Below, piece by piece: positions 1 through 12,235 of a stretch of 64,000 nt of DNA. Both the position numbers and the translations under genes were made by a program. The stretch covers positions 82,584,001 to 82,648,000 of the forward strand of contig CM060731.1 in the NCBI GenBank assembly GCA_030704615.1, written 5' to 3'. This stretch comes from Takakia lepidozioides. Its lineage: Eukaryota > Plantae > Bryophyta. The stretch's first letter is position 1; each line of letters begins with the position of its first letter. The notes beneath the pieces are model-generated. The model did no database searches. It had not been told where the DNA came from and saw only the letters and a list, made by a program, of their open reading frames with translations.

Positions 1-509
1 TCTTTGTGAGGGGCTCACTCCCGTAGTGTGATTACCTTGATAAAGCCAATAGTTCAGGTTTTCCAGATATCCTCTAGAAAGCCAACAAGCATCGACTTGC
101 TGTGTGCGAGCTGCCCAGTAATTTCGACCCCAAGAGGGCCAGGACTTTAGGTTCAGCCTCAAGATTTTGAAAGTTGGTGAACCCCGCGGACAGCTACAAA
201 AGTATATATAGGGAGTAGTAACCCCGAGAACGGTGCAAGCCCGTTGGTGACCAAAAACTAGTGAGTAAGCGAGCGAGCCGGAAAGCGACCAAAGAGTGGG
301 GAGCTGTTCCGGACTGCCATCTACCAAAGGGAATTCTCCTAGTCCCAATTAGGTGGAGGGTTTAGAGGGAGGCGAAGGGGGGACCGTTATGTCCCGGTGA
401 GCAGCCGAAGCTCCAAGTTGGTCGGGCGGCCAGGTTGGGAGTCAGGCGCGCGCATCAAAGCGAGTAACTATGACTTGAAGGGGAGCTTACCGAAGTGAGG
501 TGCGCGACA
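1..509 (+). mobile_element. Partial Ty3/gypsy chromovirus LTR (3' or solo), opposite orientation to the other copies
   Basis: About 178-509 is the reverse complement of LTR 19631-19960 (TATATA box ~203, ends ...GTGCGCGACA at 509); no PBS follows; 1-177 does not match the other LTRs. Confidence 0.85.
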
Positions 510-566
510 CGTCTACTGTGCTAATTGTGCAAACAAATCTTTAGCCCTGTGCCTTCTGAATACAAG

Positions 567-3500
567 TCACGTTGTCAATGGGACTTCGACTGCTCTGAAA
601 ACTAGCTCATGAGTCATCGGGCTCCTCCAGGTAAACTGGATTGCAGCCGTTGTACCGCCCCTATTGATTCGCTGCCCAAGTGCAAACTTGAAAGTAAACC
701 AGTCCTTCGTGAAAGGTGTTCCTCTCTCTGGCTTTGCAGTCTTGGAGACATTTGCTCTGACTTTTACCCACTCATAAAACACTTGAATGAATGACATGAC
801 GTAAAAGCCACACTCCCAGCCAAATGATTGCTGGGGCACATCAGGCACGTGGAACTGAAATGCTTGGACAATCTCATGCCACTCTGGTGAGTCCATCGAG
901 TACCCTAAGCACTCAGCATGAAGCTTCCGAATCCACCCTAGAACAAAGGGACATTTATGCGAGTCCTTGATAGAGTTCAGGTGAGTGTAACAGCCCTTGC
1001 GGAGGTCGATGATACAAACACTCCAGTGCCCCCTGCAATGGTATCAAACAACATGGCGTCATTGCACAATCATGATGGGCAGACTCAGCAGACCGACCAC
1101 TCAGCAGACTCAATCTTCAAACCCAGTCCACTACATAAATACAGAGGTCAACTTAATCGCTCAGAGTCAAGACGACACTGCGAAACCAGACTATGACTCA
1201 GGAGACAGTTTCAACAGACTCGGAAGAGTTCTTACTCGTCCCCAATTGGCACCAAAATGAAATCACACTCTTTCAAGTCATTGCCCAGTCGTTCAGTACT
1301 GAGGCAACCTTTCAAGACCTCCAGAAGGCTTTTACGTTGCCCCACCCCCAATGACTTCAACACCGTCCACATCGACGTTGGAAGAACAACAATAGTGTTG
1401 GTGAACGCAGCCTCAACCGACTTCTCATAGAATCGACACCACAGCTCCAGGAGTCTATCTGTGCACTCCGACTCCTTCTGGAGCGCCTTTATGTCATCCG
1501 GCGACAGTCCGCATTCAAACCGTGGGTCCCCTTCAAAAAACATCAGCATGGAATTACCCGCCTTCACGTGCAGAGCATGTGCTTTGCCAAACCGAGCACC
1601 CATCCTGCACAAAGCAGACCATCCTTCGGGAAGCCTCATGTATTGAACAGACTGACGTCAACATGGTACCAAACACTCTACAGGCTGAACAATTCATCAG
1701 ACTGACAAGACTAACCACAACAGACAATGATGAAACCAGCAGCAGATTGACCAGCGTACAGACTGACCACAACAGAGTGCAAAGCACTTAACGACAAAGA
1801 CAGACGAGGAGACTGAGCACAGTACTCACCTGTGCTGCTCCAGGAAACAACCCATATCTTTGTCCATGTCCAAGGCCAGCTTGCGGTTCTTGTTCATAAA
1901 GACGCCAGACTTTTTCTTCGCCGGTCTCTTGGTACTCGGACCCTCCTGGACCTCATCAGCATGGTCCACGACAGTCCGCTTCTTGGCTTTGCCTCTCCCC
2001 TGGGAAGCAGGGACAGCTGTAGGCGGGCTGGATAGAGCAGACAAACGTAGCACTGCCGCCCTACTTCGCAACAGAGGCTGGTCAGCAGGTTTGTTTACAC
2101 TTGCCGGACCTGTCTTTGCAACTTCGTGGGTCGCATGTGTAGAACTGACCCGCGCATCGGGGGGCGTACTCACCCCCACACCTTTCTTGGTTGTCGATCC
2201 CACATTTGCAGCATGGGCATAAGATGTCATGTCCTCAGAAGTAGACAGTCTGCCGACGGAGGGACGAACATCCTGTGAGGATACCGAGCAAAATGACGAA
2301 TTAGCCCAATTTCACAATGTGCTAAAACATAAACAACAGTGCTGAAAGAGGAAATGGCACAACCTGCCCAAGGGGTGAGGGAGTAGACTCCATGTAATCC
2401 AGCACTATACCAGATGGTGTCTGCGCCGCATGTGGTTCCTTGTCAGTGTGCCTGCTAGCATGTTATTTGTCAGTCCTTTCGTCTGTGAACTGTGCAGTCT
2501 GCTGGCAACTCTGCGGTTCAGTCTCTTTCTCAATGTGGGCAATGTGCTCGGTGGTAGGTTGGTCGTCAGTCCTTCCCTCTGTGAAGTGTGTAGTGTGCTG
2601 GTCAGGCCGTGCAGTCTGAACTGTGCAGTCAGAGCTGAGCTGTACAGTCTGCCGCTCTGTGACCTGTGCAGTCTGCTGGTTAGTCTGCGGTTCAGTCTGC
2701 TCATCAATTAAGACAGTATTGTGCCCCGCCACAGGTTGCTCGGCAGTTCTTCCATGTGTCCACTGTTCAGTGTGCTGGTCAGTCTGGTGGACAGCCGGCT
2801 GGGTGTTTGGATCTCCATGGACTTGGGAAACATCAAGAACATGTATGGAAGACCCACCGGCAATTGCTTCCTCAGACTCTTCTGTAAGATCTATGATACA
2901 GTTTTGCGTTCCCAGATTGAGTTCGGTCATCACGTAAGACTCATCTATGGCTTTCGCCACTGAGCGCATGAAAACGGGACTAAGCTAGAAGGTCATAGAA
3001 GGCAGGCCACGGGGAGCTGGATAAGAATGCTTTACCGGTGACTTGATGACGTCGTCAGTGAATGTGCCTGGGGGAAAAGTGGACTCGGTCAAAACACTCA
3101 TACTGGCAGATCCAAAAACATGTTGTTGGGAACTCAGCAGAAATTCGTCCACAGGGTCCCGGTGAGGCCAGTGCCTCCGAGTCTGTTGCACAATCCAGGG
3201 AACAGACTGGCTGTTAGTCTCCAAGATAGTCTGCTCGGCCATCTGCTGAGTGGGTTCGCCAGTGTGCTGCACAGTCTGCTGAGGGGCAATCTGCTGGCTG
3301 GATTCGTCGGTCTGCTAAGAGGCAATCTGCTGGCTGGATTCGTCGGTCTGCTGAGGGGCAATCTGCTGGCTGGATTCGTCGGTCTGCTGTACGGTCTGCT
3401 GAGGGGCAATTTGCTGGCTGGATTCGTCGGTCTGCTGCATGGTCTGTTGAGGGGCAATCTGCTGGCTGGATTCGTCGGTCTGCTGCAACGGTCTGCTGAG

Positions 3501-6358
3501 GGGCAATCTGCTGGCTGGATTTGTCGGTCTGCTGCACGGTCTGCTGTACAGTCTACTGTATAGTCTGCTGAGGGGCAGTCTGGTGGCCATGTTCGCTGGT
3601 CTGTTGCACAGTCGGCTGAGGGGCAGTCTATTGGCCGGTCTGTTCTCCGATCTGCTGCAAAGTCTGTAAAGTTCGCTGCCCGCTCAGTACTGTTTGCACA
3701 TACTGAGTATGTGTGTGCGAGGCAGTCTGCTGGGAGTGATCCGGCCTATTACCCGGGATGGTCTGGTGCACATGCTCGGTCTCCAGCACTTGGGCAGTCT
3801 GCCCACATGTGTCGTGGGGAATATGTTGTTGGACATTGTTGTGGCCAGTCTGCTGGACAGTCTCCCGAACTCTTTGTAAAGCCAGGACAAGATCTCTTGC
3901 GCCTCTGGCAAAAGAGTCGAAAACAGCCTGCACTTGCTTGTCTCCCAGATCAACTCGCCCTGCAACACATGTTTATGCAAATGTGAACTTTTAAAAAAGT
4001 TGGCAAAAGAAATTGAGTTGAAACACGAAAGTTGCCCATAACATTTTACCTTCCAAGAGATTTCCGACGAGGCCAATGTCCTTGATTTGCCGGCACAGGC
4101 ATGCTCCATCAAGATGAACAATGGCGCCGATGCGGTCTTCAGTTGGGATTCTACCCCACAGGACTTTGAAGACATTGGGATTCTGCAAAACAATGTCGAA
4201 TACTGCTCGCTCCATCACCAATGCAAACCAATGCAATGCGTCATCCACCACAAACTTCTGTGAATGGTCTGTTCCATGGAGTAAGTCCATCCTCAAACTA
4301 TGCAGATCCTTCATCAAATTGCATCCATCTGTGTTGTAGGAAGGAAGCTGTCATGCGCTCAAAGTCCTCCTCAGTCAATCCGAACAAGTGCTTTCTTCGC
4401 ACCCCAAAGGTTGGATGTGCCATAGGCATATGTCTGAGGTCTTCAGGCCGTGGGTCATTCATGAGAATCAGTTGCACAAGTAGAAGCGACGCATTTTGGT
4501 CGCTTGTGGCTTCATTGGCAACAGCAGAGGCGGCTTCTAGAACATGGTTGGCTTCCTCAATAGAAAACTCCATGGAATAATGAAAGGGTACAAATGACCA
4601 CCGGCGGTCCGCAACAATCCGGTGGAGCTCATTATGCCAATCCAAATGGGGATTAATTTCTCCCACCCTAAGCCGGGGAAGTGTGAGGTCTTCAGCTCCG
4701 GGTCAATTACCGGTGATGGCGATCGCCAAACTGCAAAAAGCGTCGTGCTATGTGAGAGAAAGGCAGTCTGCTGGTCAGTCTGCTGGTCCGCAGTCTGTTG
4801 GATGACATGACTTCCCATTGGCATGGGCTGCATAATGGGCTCTTGGAGAGGAGTCTGCAGGATGACAGGCTGCTCGTTGGGAGTCTGCTGGATGGCAGAC
4901 TCGGCTGTCCCAGACGCATTCCCCCCCGACACGTCTTGAATATGTAATGCCGCTATAGCAGCAGATGACCCAGGATACTTCAATAATATGTACTCTCGCA
5001 CGCGGTCCATTTCTGCACGCACTACAGTCGCTTGTAAAGGAGCATCATTGCTAGGTATCCGCCAAGCCTGAATGGCCCTACGAATAGAAACACGTTCATC
5101 CTGGTACACGACAGAGAACTTGGACGTGAGGAACATGGACGTGGACTCTATATTCACCTCATGCAGCAGACTGGACTCACAGACCAGCAGACTGTAACGT
5201 GCGTACGTAGGGTGGAGGCAACTAGTAGACTATACCAGTGGACTGGACCAACGGACTGACAAATGGACTAAGTAAGTAATGCAGCGATATAAAACAGACT
5301 AACTGACGAGCGGAGTGAGCCAGCGGACTGAGGAGAGAACGCAGCGGACTGACCAGACTGAATAGGCAACGTGACTCCGATAATGGACTCAAACAACACA
5401 GAGAACAGACTGGGCGGTCAGACTGACCATTACCTCCTCTACTTCATCATCGTCATCTTCATCTTCAAAGCTGTTCAACCAATTCTGTTCCGCCTGTCGG
5501 ATGAATGTGCGTAGCAGACCTGACTGGGCAACTCTGTAGAAATAACGGAAGAAGTTTGGATCCCCAATTGGTGGGCACTCTGGTGGGAAAAGCCCAAAGT
5601 CAACGAGGCGCAATGTGTCAGGGCAGACTGGCCCTTCAGTGCTCTGTTGAGTTTTTGGTTTTGACCCTAAGCCGATGGCATGGGTCGCGATATTTGTGTG
5701 AGTCTGCTGTCGAGTCTGGTCAGGCAAGTCAATGTCCACTGGACTTGTCACCCCTTCCAGGCCCTGAGCAGATTCACTTTCAGTATCAGTACTGATGGTG
5801 TGGGTCTGCCGCCCAGGATGGGGTTCAGTCTGTTGCGTGGATCTTTTTTGCCTCTCCTTTTTTTGGGCCCCATCACTCAGTTTACGTTTTCTGGGAGCGT
5901 CCGGCGTTCCCTGCACTTGCAAATCCTCCATTGACGGGCCACCAGAATGGACGTCATACCGTGCGCGCACTTCGTCTAATTCCAAAGTGCGGGGGTCGAG
6001 CACTGATCCGCGCAAGCGCATTGTGGCTTCTTTGACAATCGACATTTCTTTCAGTATCGGCCAAGGCTTGAAATCCCGTGGAATCATTGCAACAGTCTCC
6101 TTGCAATCCGTATCAACACAATGCCGATTTAGTTGGATTTTGTCCTTGATAACGTCTTCACAGAAGGGACAGAAGAGCTTGTCCTTCTGCCAATTCGAGT
6201 TTTTGGGCTTCCGGGCGCGGAGGTCTACAAATGTTTCCACTATTTTATGATCAAACTCGTCTGGTGAGTACCAAAACCTTCGCTCATTCTTCAGTCTGGT
6301 TTGGTGCACAAAATCCACCCAGTCCGCTCCACCCTTTTCACAAGCATCCTCCATCGCT
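567..6358 (-). pseudogene. Multi-exon transposon-type gene with C-terminal Ulp1/C48 (SUMO protease-like) domain, Q-rich repeats and an N-terminal CxxC...H..C motif; decayed
   Basis: Splicing intron 1033-1235 (GA|GTAAG...TTGCAG|G) gives FILVPIGDEGHWSVCIIDL...HLNSI...VPQQSFGWECGFYV; upstream ORF pieces on the same strand with stops/frameshifts; FCPFCE...RHC at ~6100-6175. Exon joining upstream of 2230 is not fully resolved. Confidence 0.65.
3270..3630 (-). repeat. Coding tandem repeat, 36/48-bp units (QQTDESSQQIAP / QQTxQQTDESSQQIAP)
   Basis: Repeated ctgctgaggggcaatctgctggctggattcgtcggt; one unit has CAG>TAG at 3315. Confidence 0.9.
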
Positions 6359-7360
6359 GCAGAATGAAACGAAGGTGCAAGGACAATGAGCGACAGATAG
6401 AAGTCATATGAAAAGACTCACCCTAAGCAAGAAGAGGACACAGAATGGAATGGAAACACCGCAGCAAGTGAGAACCTCACCGAGCCGATGAACTTCGAGT
6501 TGTTACGAAGGCGAGTGTGTTTGCGACACTTCGCGGCTCACCGCGACTCTCCACACCTGGGGAAGAACGGTCGTATTTCGTTACGGTGATGGAAACGCAA
6601 AGAGGAAAACAAAACAGTGCAAAACAGTGCGAAGAAACAGGCGCAAAAAGAATGGAGTCGATCGCACAGAGAACATGAGAAGAAAGTAGAAGTAGAAGGG
6701 GGGCGGACATGGCACTGCTAACGTGGCGCGATTTCACAGGCGCCAACTATCCGCCGTCATCGCATTGAATACGTCCACCGAACGAATGCATCGTACTAAA
6801 TGCATCCACGGTCCTTGCAAGTGTAACAGACTCATTTCCCATCGGACTGAGAGTCCATCGAACCGCCAGTCTAGCGGACTATTCGCTTTGCTGAGGCGAA
6901 GCGGCTTCATATTGGAGGCACTTCCCTGCCAGCGGAATGAAGACAAAAGAGAGTAAGGGGAAAACGGGAAAGTCGAACACACCCATTGCGAACAGACTCG
7001 CGGCACAACAGACTGATGTATGCACAGTCCAACAGACTGATATCCATAGAGGAGAACTGTCCAGCAGACGGACGTTTCGCCAGACTGGCGGGTGAACAAG
7101 CCAAAAGATTGACCGGAGGGAAAATAAGAAGTCAAACAGACTTAGTGCAACAGACTTCCGACACAACAGACTGACAAATTCACAAGTGCGACAGACTGAT
7201 ATCCCAACAGACATACTTCCAGCAGACCGCCTCCAAACTGACTGTTATGCACGCGATAAGGGGAATATCCGGAGCACTGACGGGCCAACGGACCCACTAT
7301 GAACAGACTCACGACACAACGGACCTCAAACATCCACGCGCATTTGCAGATGCAATTGTC

Positions 7361-7936
7361 TCAGTCTGGTCCGTCTCCTGGCAAATGCGACAATGTACCG
7401 ATTCTGCACCTACTCCCGTCGTGGCTCAGACATCTGCATTCAGCAGGTGCGTGTGGATGTTTGAGGATGGTGTCTCGTGACGACTCGAATTGCTTTTTGG
7501 TGCTGCCATCCCTTATATAATACCATGTGGATCCATCACAAAACTGGATTTCTTCAGATTCTCCACTCTTTTCCACAACTTATACACGACGGATGCAAGC
7601 TGCTATATTTGGTCACATAAACAGTCCCATCGTCCGATACGAAATCTGCATACGCTTCCACCATTTTCGTGCCCATGTTACCCATGGATTCCTTTAACGA
7701 ACTAAACTTGTGAAAGCTCTCACGAGGGATGCAATACGAAAGGGCTAAACGTATCATGACGGATCACAAGCAGAGAACGTTATCGACGACAGATGTTCGC
7801 ATTTTCCATATTTATGACATAGAACCAAACCATAAAACGAAGGTTCCCGAAAGCATAACAAGAGAACAAAAATAGTGAAAACATATTCACGATGGTGGCT
7901 GTAGTGCCGAGACAGTTCTCTCATGTTCAAACACAC
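7361..7936 (-). pseudogene. Degenerate ORF fragments of unknown function
   Basis: Three overlapping short minus-strand ORFs with protein-like composition; no recognisable motif. Confidence 0.2.
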
Positions 7937-8129
7937 GCTTCATCATCATCATGAACATCGCGCGCAAAAGAAGAACAGTCACGTGCATGAAAACGCCTAC
8001 CGCAACATCGGACAACAAATAACCGTCAAAAAATAACGGCCGAGATTTGGTGGAAAAATCATTGCCATTTTCGCAGTCTTAAAAATAGAGGACTCGGATG
8101 GATTATGGGAATGGACGGTGGCGATTCTG

Positions 8130-8392
8130 CGCCGTCAGCGGACTGGATGGCAGAGGACTGACTAACGGATTGGTAAACTACTGGGCAGCGGACTGGCCAA
8201 CACTGGACTGGCTGCCCACACCGGACTGGCCAGTAGCGGACTGACAGACTAGAGAGCAGCGGACTCATGGGCAAGGAATTGGCCGCGCGGCGAACAGGGG
8301 CACGGACAGGCGGGGCCGGGTGCTGGGGAGCCAAGCATGCGCTGGACCCACCAGTCACTGGACCCACCAGTCACTGGACGCACCAGTCACAT
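8130..8392. repeat. Cluster of short CGGACTG/CTGGAC/CCAGTCACTGGA repeats, possibly subterminal repeats of the Ulp1-carrying element
   Basis: About 10 ggactg motifs plus tandem ccaccagtcactggac. Confidence 0.5.
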
Positions 8393-10558
8393 CGCGCGTG
8401 CCCATTGAAGACCCTATTATCTTACAATGAGAGGTCTATGTGTCGCAGTAAAACTGCAACGCTTTTCACCTTTTTTTTATTAGAGTTTTTCTTTTTCAAG
8501 CTGCCCACTTCTGCTCCGCCTTTCGGGTAGATGTAATTTTTTTCTTTTCTTTCGGGTTATTATAATTCTTTTTCTTAAGAAAGCATCGCGGGCGCTCCGC
8601 CCCGCCCTCCTCTCCATGCTCTTTACCTCTTCTTAGTCACTCTTTTAACTATGACTATCTTATAAGGAGTCCGCCAATTTTTTCAGTTCCCCTGTCTCCT
8701 TATATGTTGGCACTGCCACCATTATAAACCCTCTCTAAACTAGCTAAGCCCGCCGCCATGGCCAAGCTCTCCTCACTGCTACACAGTGCAGGCTCCGCTC
8801 CCATACTAGTTCCTGGTCTGCCTTCTATGGCCTAACCACTGTGCTTCTTTTAAGTACCATTATGTGAGATTTTGGGAACTTTGTCATACCTGAGCACCAT
8901 CGGCTCCTCTCTGCTATCTACCAACGTGCTCCAAGCACGCAGCATGGCGGTGATACCCCAGACGCTCGCAACCCCTCCGACTTACAGGTGCAACAACGTC
9001 TCTACTACAAACGCAGCTCCACTCGCATCGGCCCCCCAACGATTCGTACAAGAACATGGTCAAGAATCGTGTCACTGGCAGGAGGTCTTCCCTACAATAC
9101 GAAGCCCTCCTGGTATACCAGACTCAGGCGCAAGGCACCCCCATTGGACCTCGGGCGGGGCAACCAGGACATGAGGATGAGGGCCGCCCCCCAATTTGCA
9201 GCCTATGATTCTAGCAAGGCAGCTCATATCACACTCAACTTGAGCCAGGCAGGTACATTGCCAATGCCAAGGTATGGGCCCGACACAGATGCAGGTAAGA
9301 TTTCAACCTGCTCTCATAGTCACCTGGCTACCTCAACGTTCAGTACCAAGCATCCAACCTCCCTTCATGTTTCAAGTCCATTCCACGTAGCTCAGAAAGA
9401 TTGGAGAAGGCGGGCATGGATCTCGCAGCCTCCTCTCTATAAGACTCTCTGGCTGACACACACAACACCCATGGCCCCCCCCCTCGTTTAAGGAGACTAT
9501 GGCCCCCTCTCGACACATTCACGGTGCACCCATCATAGCGAGTTGCCACTATCATGTGTTCTTGGCAGCGCACAGTGTTACCATCGCAAAGGCCCCAAGG
9601 TTCTACCCCTGGCTGGATGCAAGGCAAGCCTGGCTCAATTGGATGGAAGACTCGGGCAGGGCTGATGCCCCACCACAGCAGAACTCTCTAGGTTGGTCCC
9701 ACGAGTCTGCCCGACCTCATGGCAGACACATCTACTTCCAGTTCGGAAGCGACGGTGCACCCAGCACCCCCCCGGCGATCAGGCTGCGGCAGTGCAGGCG
9801 CTACAACCCTGCAACAGCTTCGCGCCTAAATACCCTTCTACACACAGGGAGCTCTCTACCCCCCCCCCCCCCCACGACACTATGCTACTCAACACCAACA
9901 CCCACTACACACTGCCCCCAATCTGCCACTACTCAAACCCCTGCCCCCAAGCTTTCAAGGTACGCAACGCCACTATTACCCAGCCCCCTGCGACAACACA
10001 GGTACATATCACACCCTACCCCCTCATTTTTTATATACTCTGCCCCTATATATGACACATGCCCCCTCCCCTACACCATGGCCCTCTGAATCAGCTGTGC
10101 TCACCCCACTTGCATGGTTCACCAACCCTCTGCATACCCCAAAGATAGGCCACTCTCACTACCTACTTTGTATGTCCCCTCCCCACTACCAAGTATTATC
10201 TATGTGCTCAGCCCAGCCAAGACCCCCCTGAATCCTGCCAACACTCAGATTTTACTGATCCAATTATGCCCAACCTACCTGCCCCTTCTACACTATATAC
10301 ATACCCTCTCTTATGTCATATGTCACTGCCCACACTCACCTCTTCTCCACACAGGTCCCACTGCCCCAATACTCACCCTTGCTCTCTCTATGTTTTGCAG
10401 TTTCAGACACACTCGGCCGCTCCCACCACATGCCAAGGCACTCGACACGCTATCATGGATTATGCTGCCCCCTGGGACTGTCCATGATCAATTTCTTTCA
10501 TTGCAATGTTCTTCGCAAACTATATGTGAATCTTCTTGATACAAAAATTCAACCATCT

Positions 10559-10846
10559 CAGCTCTCAGAGCTGCTTACAATTTTCCTAACTCCTTACCAG
10601 CTCCCTGAGATGCGCACAACTCTACACACCTACTCTCAGCTCCCAGAGCTGCCCACCTTTTCTCACATCTTTTCTCAGCTCCCTGAGCTGCACACAAAGT
10701 CATACGCTCACCACCAGCTCCATGAGCTGCTACTACTTACTCACAATTACTACCAGCTCCCCGAGCTGCGCACAAATTCATCCATCTACTCCCAGCTCCT
10801 TGAGCTGTATGATACTCAACACACACACAACCAACACCCCGAACTG
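10559..10846 (+). repeat. 39-bp period array: palindromic CAGCTC-nnn-GAGCTG plus 24-bp variable spacer, 8 units
   Basis: Units start at 10559, 10598, 10637, 10676, 10715, 10754, 10793 and 10832 (last degenerate). Confidence 0.85.
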
Positions 10847-12235
10847 TACATATCTCTACGGGCACACAAATGGCTACACTCTTGTCAATCTCATTTTAAA
10901 TCTTCATGCACATGAACTGCTTCCCTGCACATATAGTGCTGCACCCAAGCCACACATCACTACACAGCAAAATACCCAACCTTCGTACCCATACACAATT
11001 ACCCATCCCCCCAAACCACATCTTGCGCCACACACCCATATTAAGCCCTTTGTGCAACCGCTAACTCTACTAACCCACTCTCAACCCCCCCTCATATGCG
11101 CACCCACACGCCACATCATCACCATTGTGCACCACAGTAGCCCAAACCACACCACAATGACTTTATTCCACTCTAACTGGACACATCCCTTGACGGATAT
11201 CATCCACTGCACACTACCTACATATGGGAAAGCACTCCATGCCTATGCCACCAAAACCCAACATATGAATAGTCTCTCTACATGCTACAAATTACTTGCC
11301 CGCCGCTGGCAAGACAGGGCCATCACGAACATACACAATGTCAGTAACACGCCCCTCTACTGCACACCTAGTGTAACTGCATTTTCCCAGCGCCAGTCGC
11401 CCCCACAACCTACACCCTCCCCACCAACATCCATCCACCCATTACCCCCACATGACATTAACATATCCACGCAGATCCTCCATATGGCTCCAAGCACTCT
11501 ACTCTAACTCAAGCAATAAAGGGCAAGGCCGCCCACAACATTCAACATACGCACCCCCCAACACCACACCCTCTCTGTACAATATTTTTACACCAGACCA
11601 GTATCACCCACCATACCCACAGCTGTCTATAAGGCACAGTCCCCAAGACCGCCACCATAACAGGCCATAGAACATTACAACAACCCCCCAAAAGCACTAC
11701 TATGCCCCCTCCCCAAGTTGGAAAGCCACCTCCCCTTTAACACACCCCCCCCTCAACTTAACTACCATGTTTAATGCATCCTCCCAAATAGCCCTCTCTC
11801 ACTTCCTCTCCCTATCACAAACCCCCCCCCAACACCACATCCCTAGTGCAATCTGTCAGCCCATGGTGCCCAGATGCCCATACTTTTGATGACTATCCAT
11901 CATCACCTTACACCAAAACTAAAACCCATTATGCCCCACCCCACTCCCTGATCTCACTCAGCTGCCATCCTGGTATAAACAGATAACGGCCATCATCAAA
12001 GCGCTCCATTTCCCCAGCCGCCAGCCCCCCTGGCATCATCCCACTCCCGCCACCATTACAGAAACGTAGACACCAATCGCCATAGCAAACCCCCTTCCCA
12101 TAGTCCCGCCCCCCCACAATTGCTCTCGTCTCTGCCACAGCTCCACGCCCACCACCCACTGCTCATACCCACCCCGCATTAGCTCTCATCATCTCTCTCC
12201 TCCCTCTTCATATCCCAGTCAACATCCTCATTCGT

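Noticed and set aside
3120-3563. Plus-strand LLRGNLLAGFVG repeat protein
   Set aside because: Antisense reading of the Q-rich coding repeat
8405-8460. Helitron terminus at the imperfect hairpin
   Set aside because: No CTRR end at the right distance and no Rep/helicase sequence
10559-10846. True CRISPR array
   Set aside because: Repeat only 15 bp, eukaryotic TE context, no cas genes, and spacers share low-complexity composition
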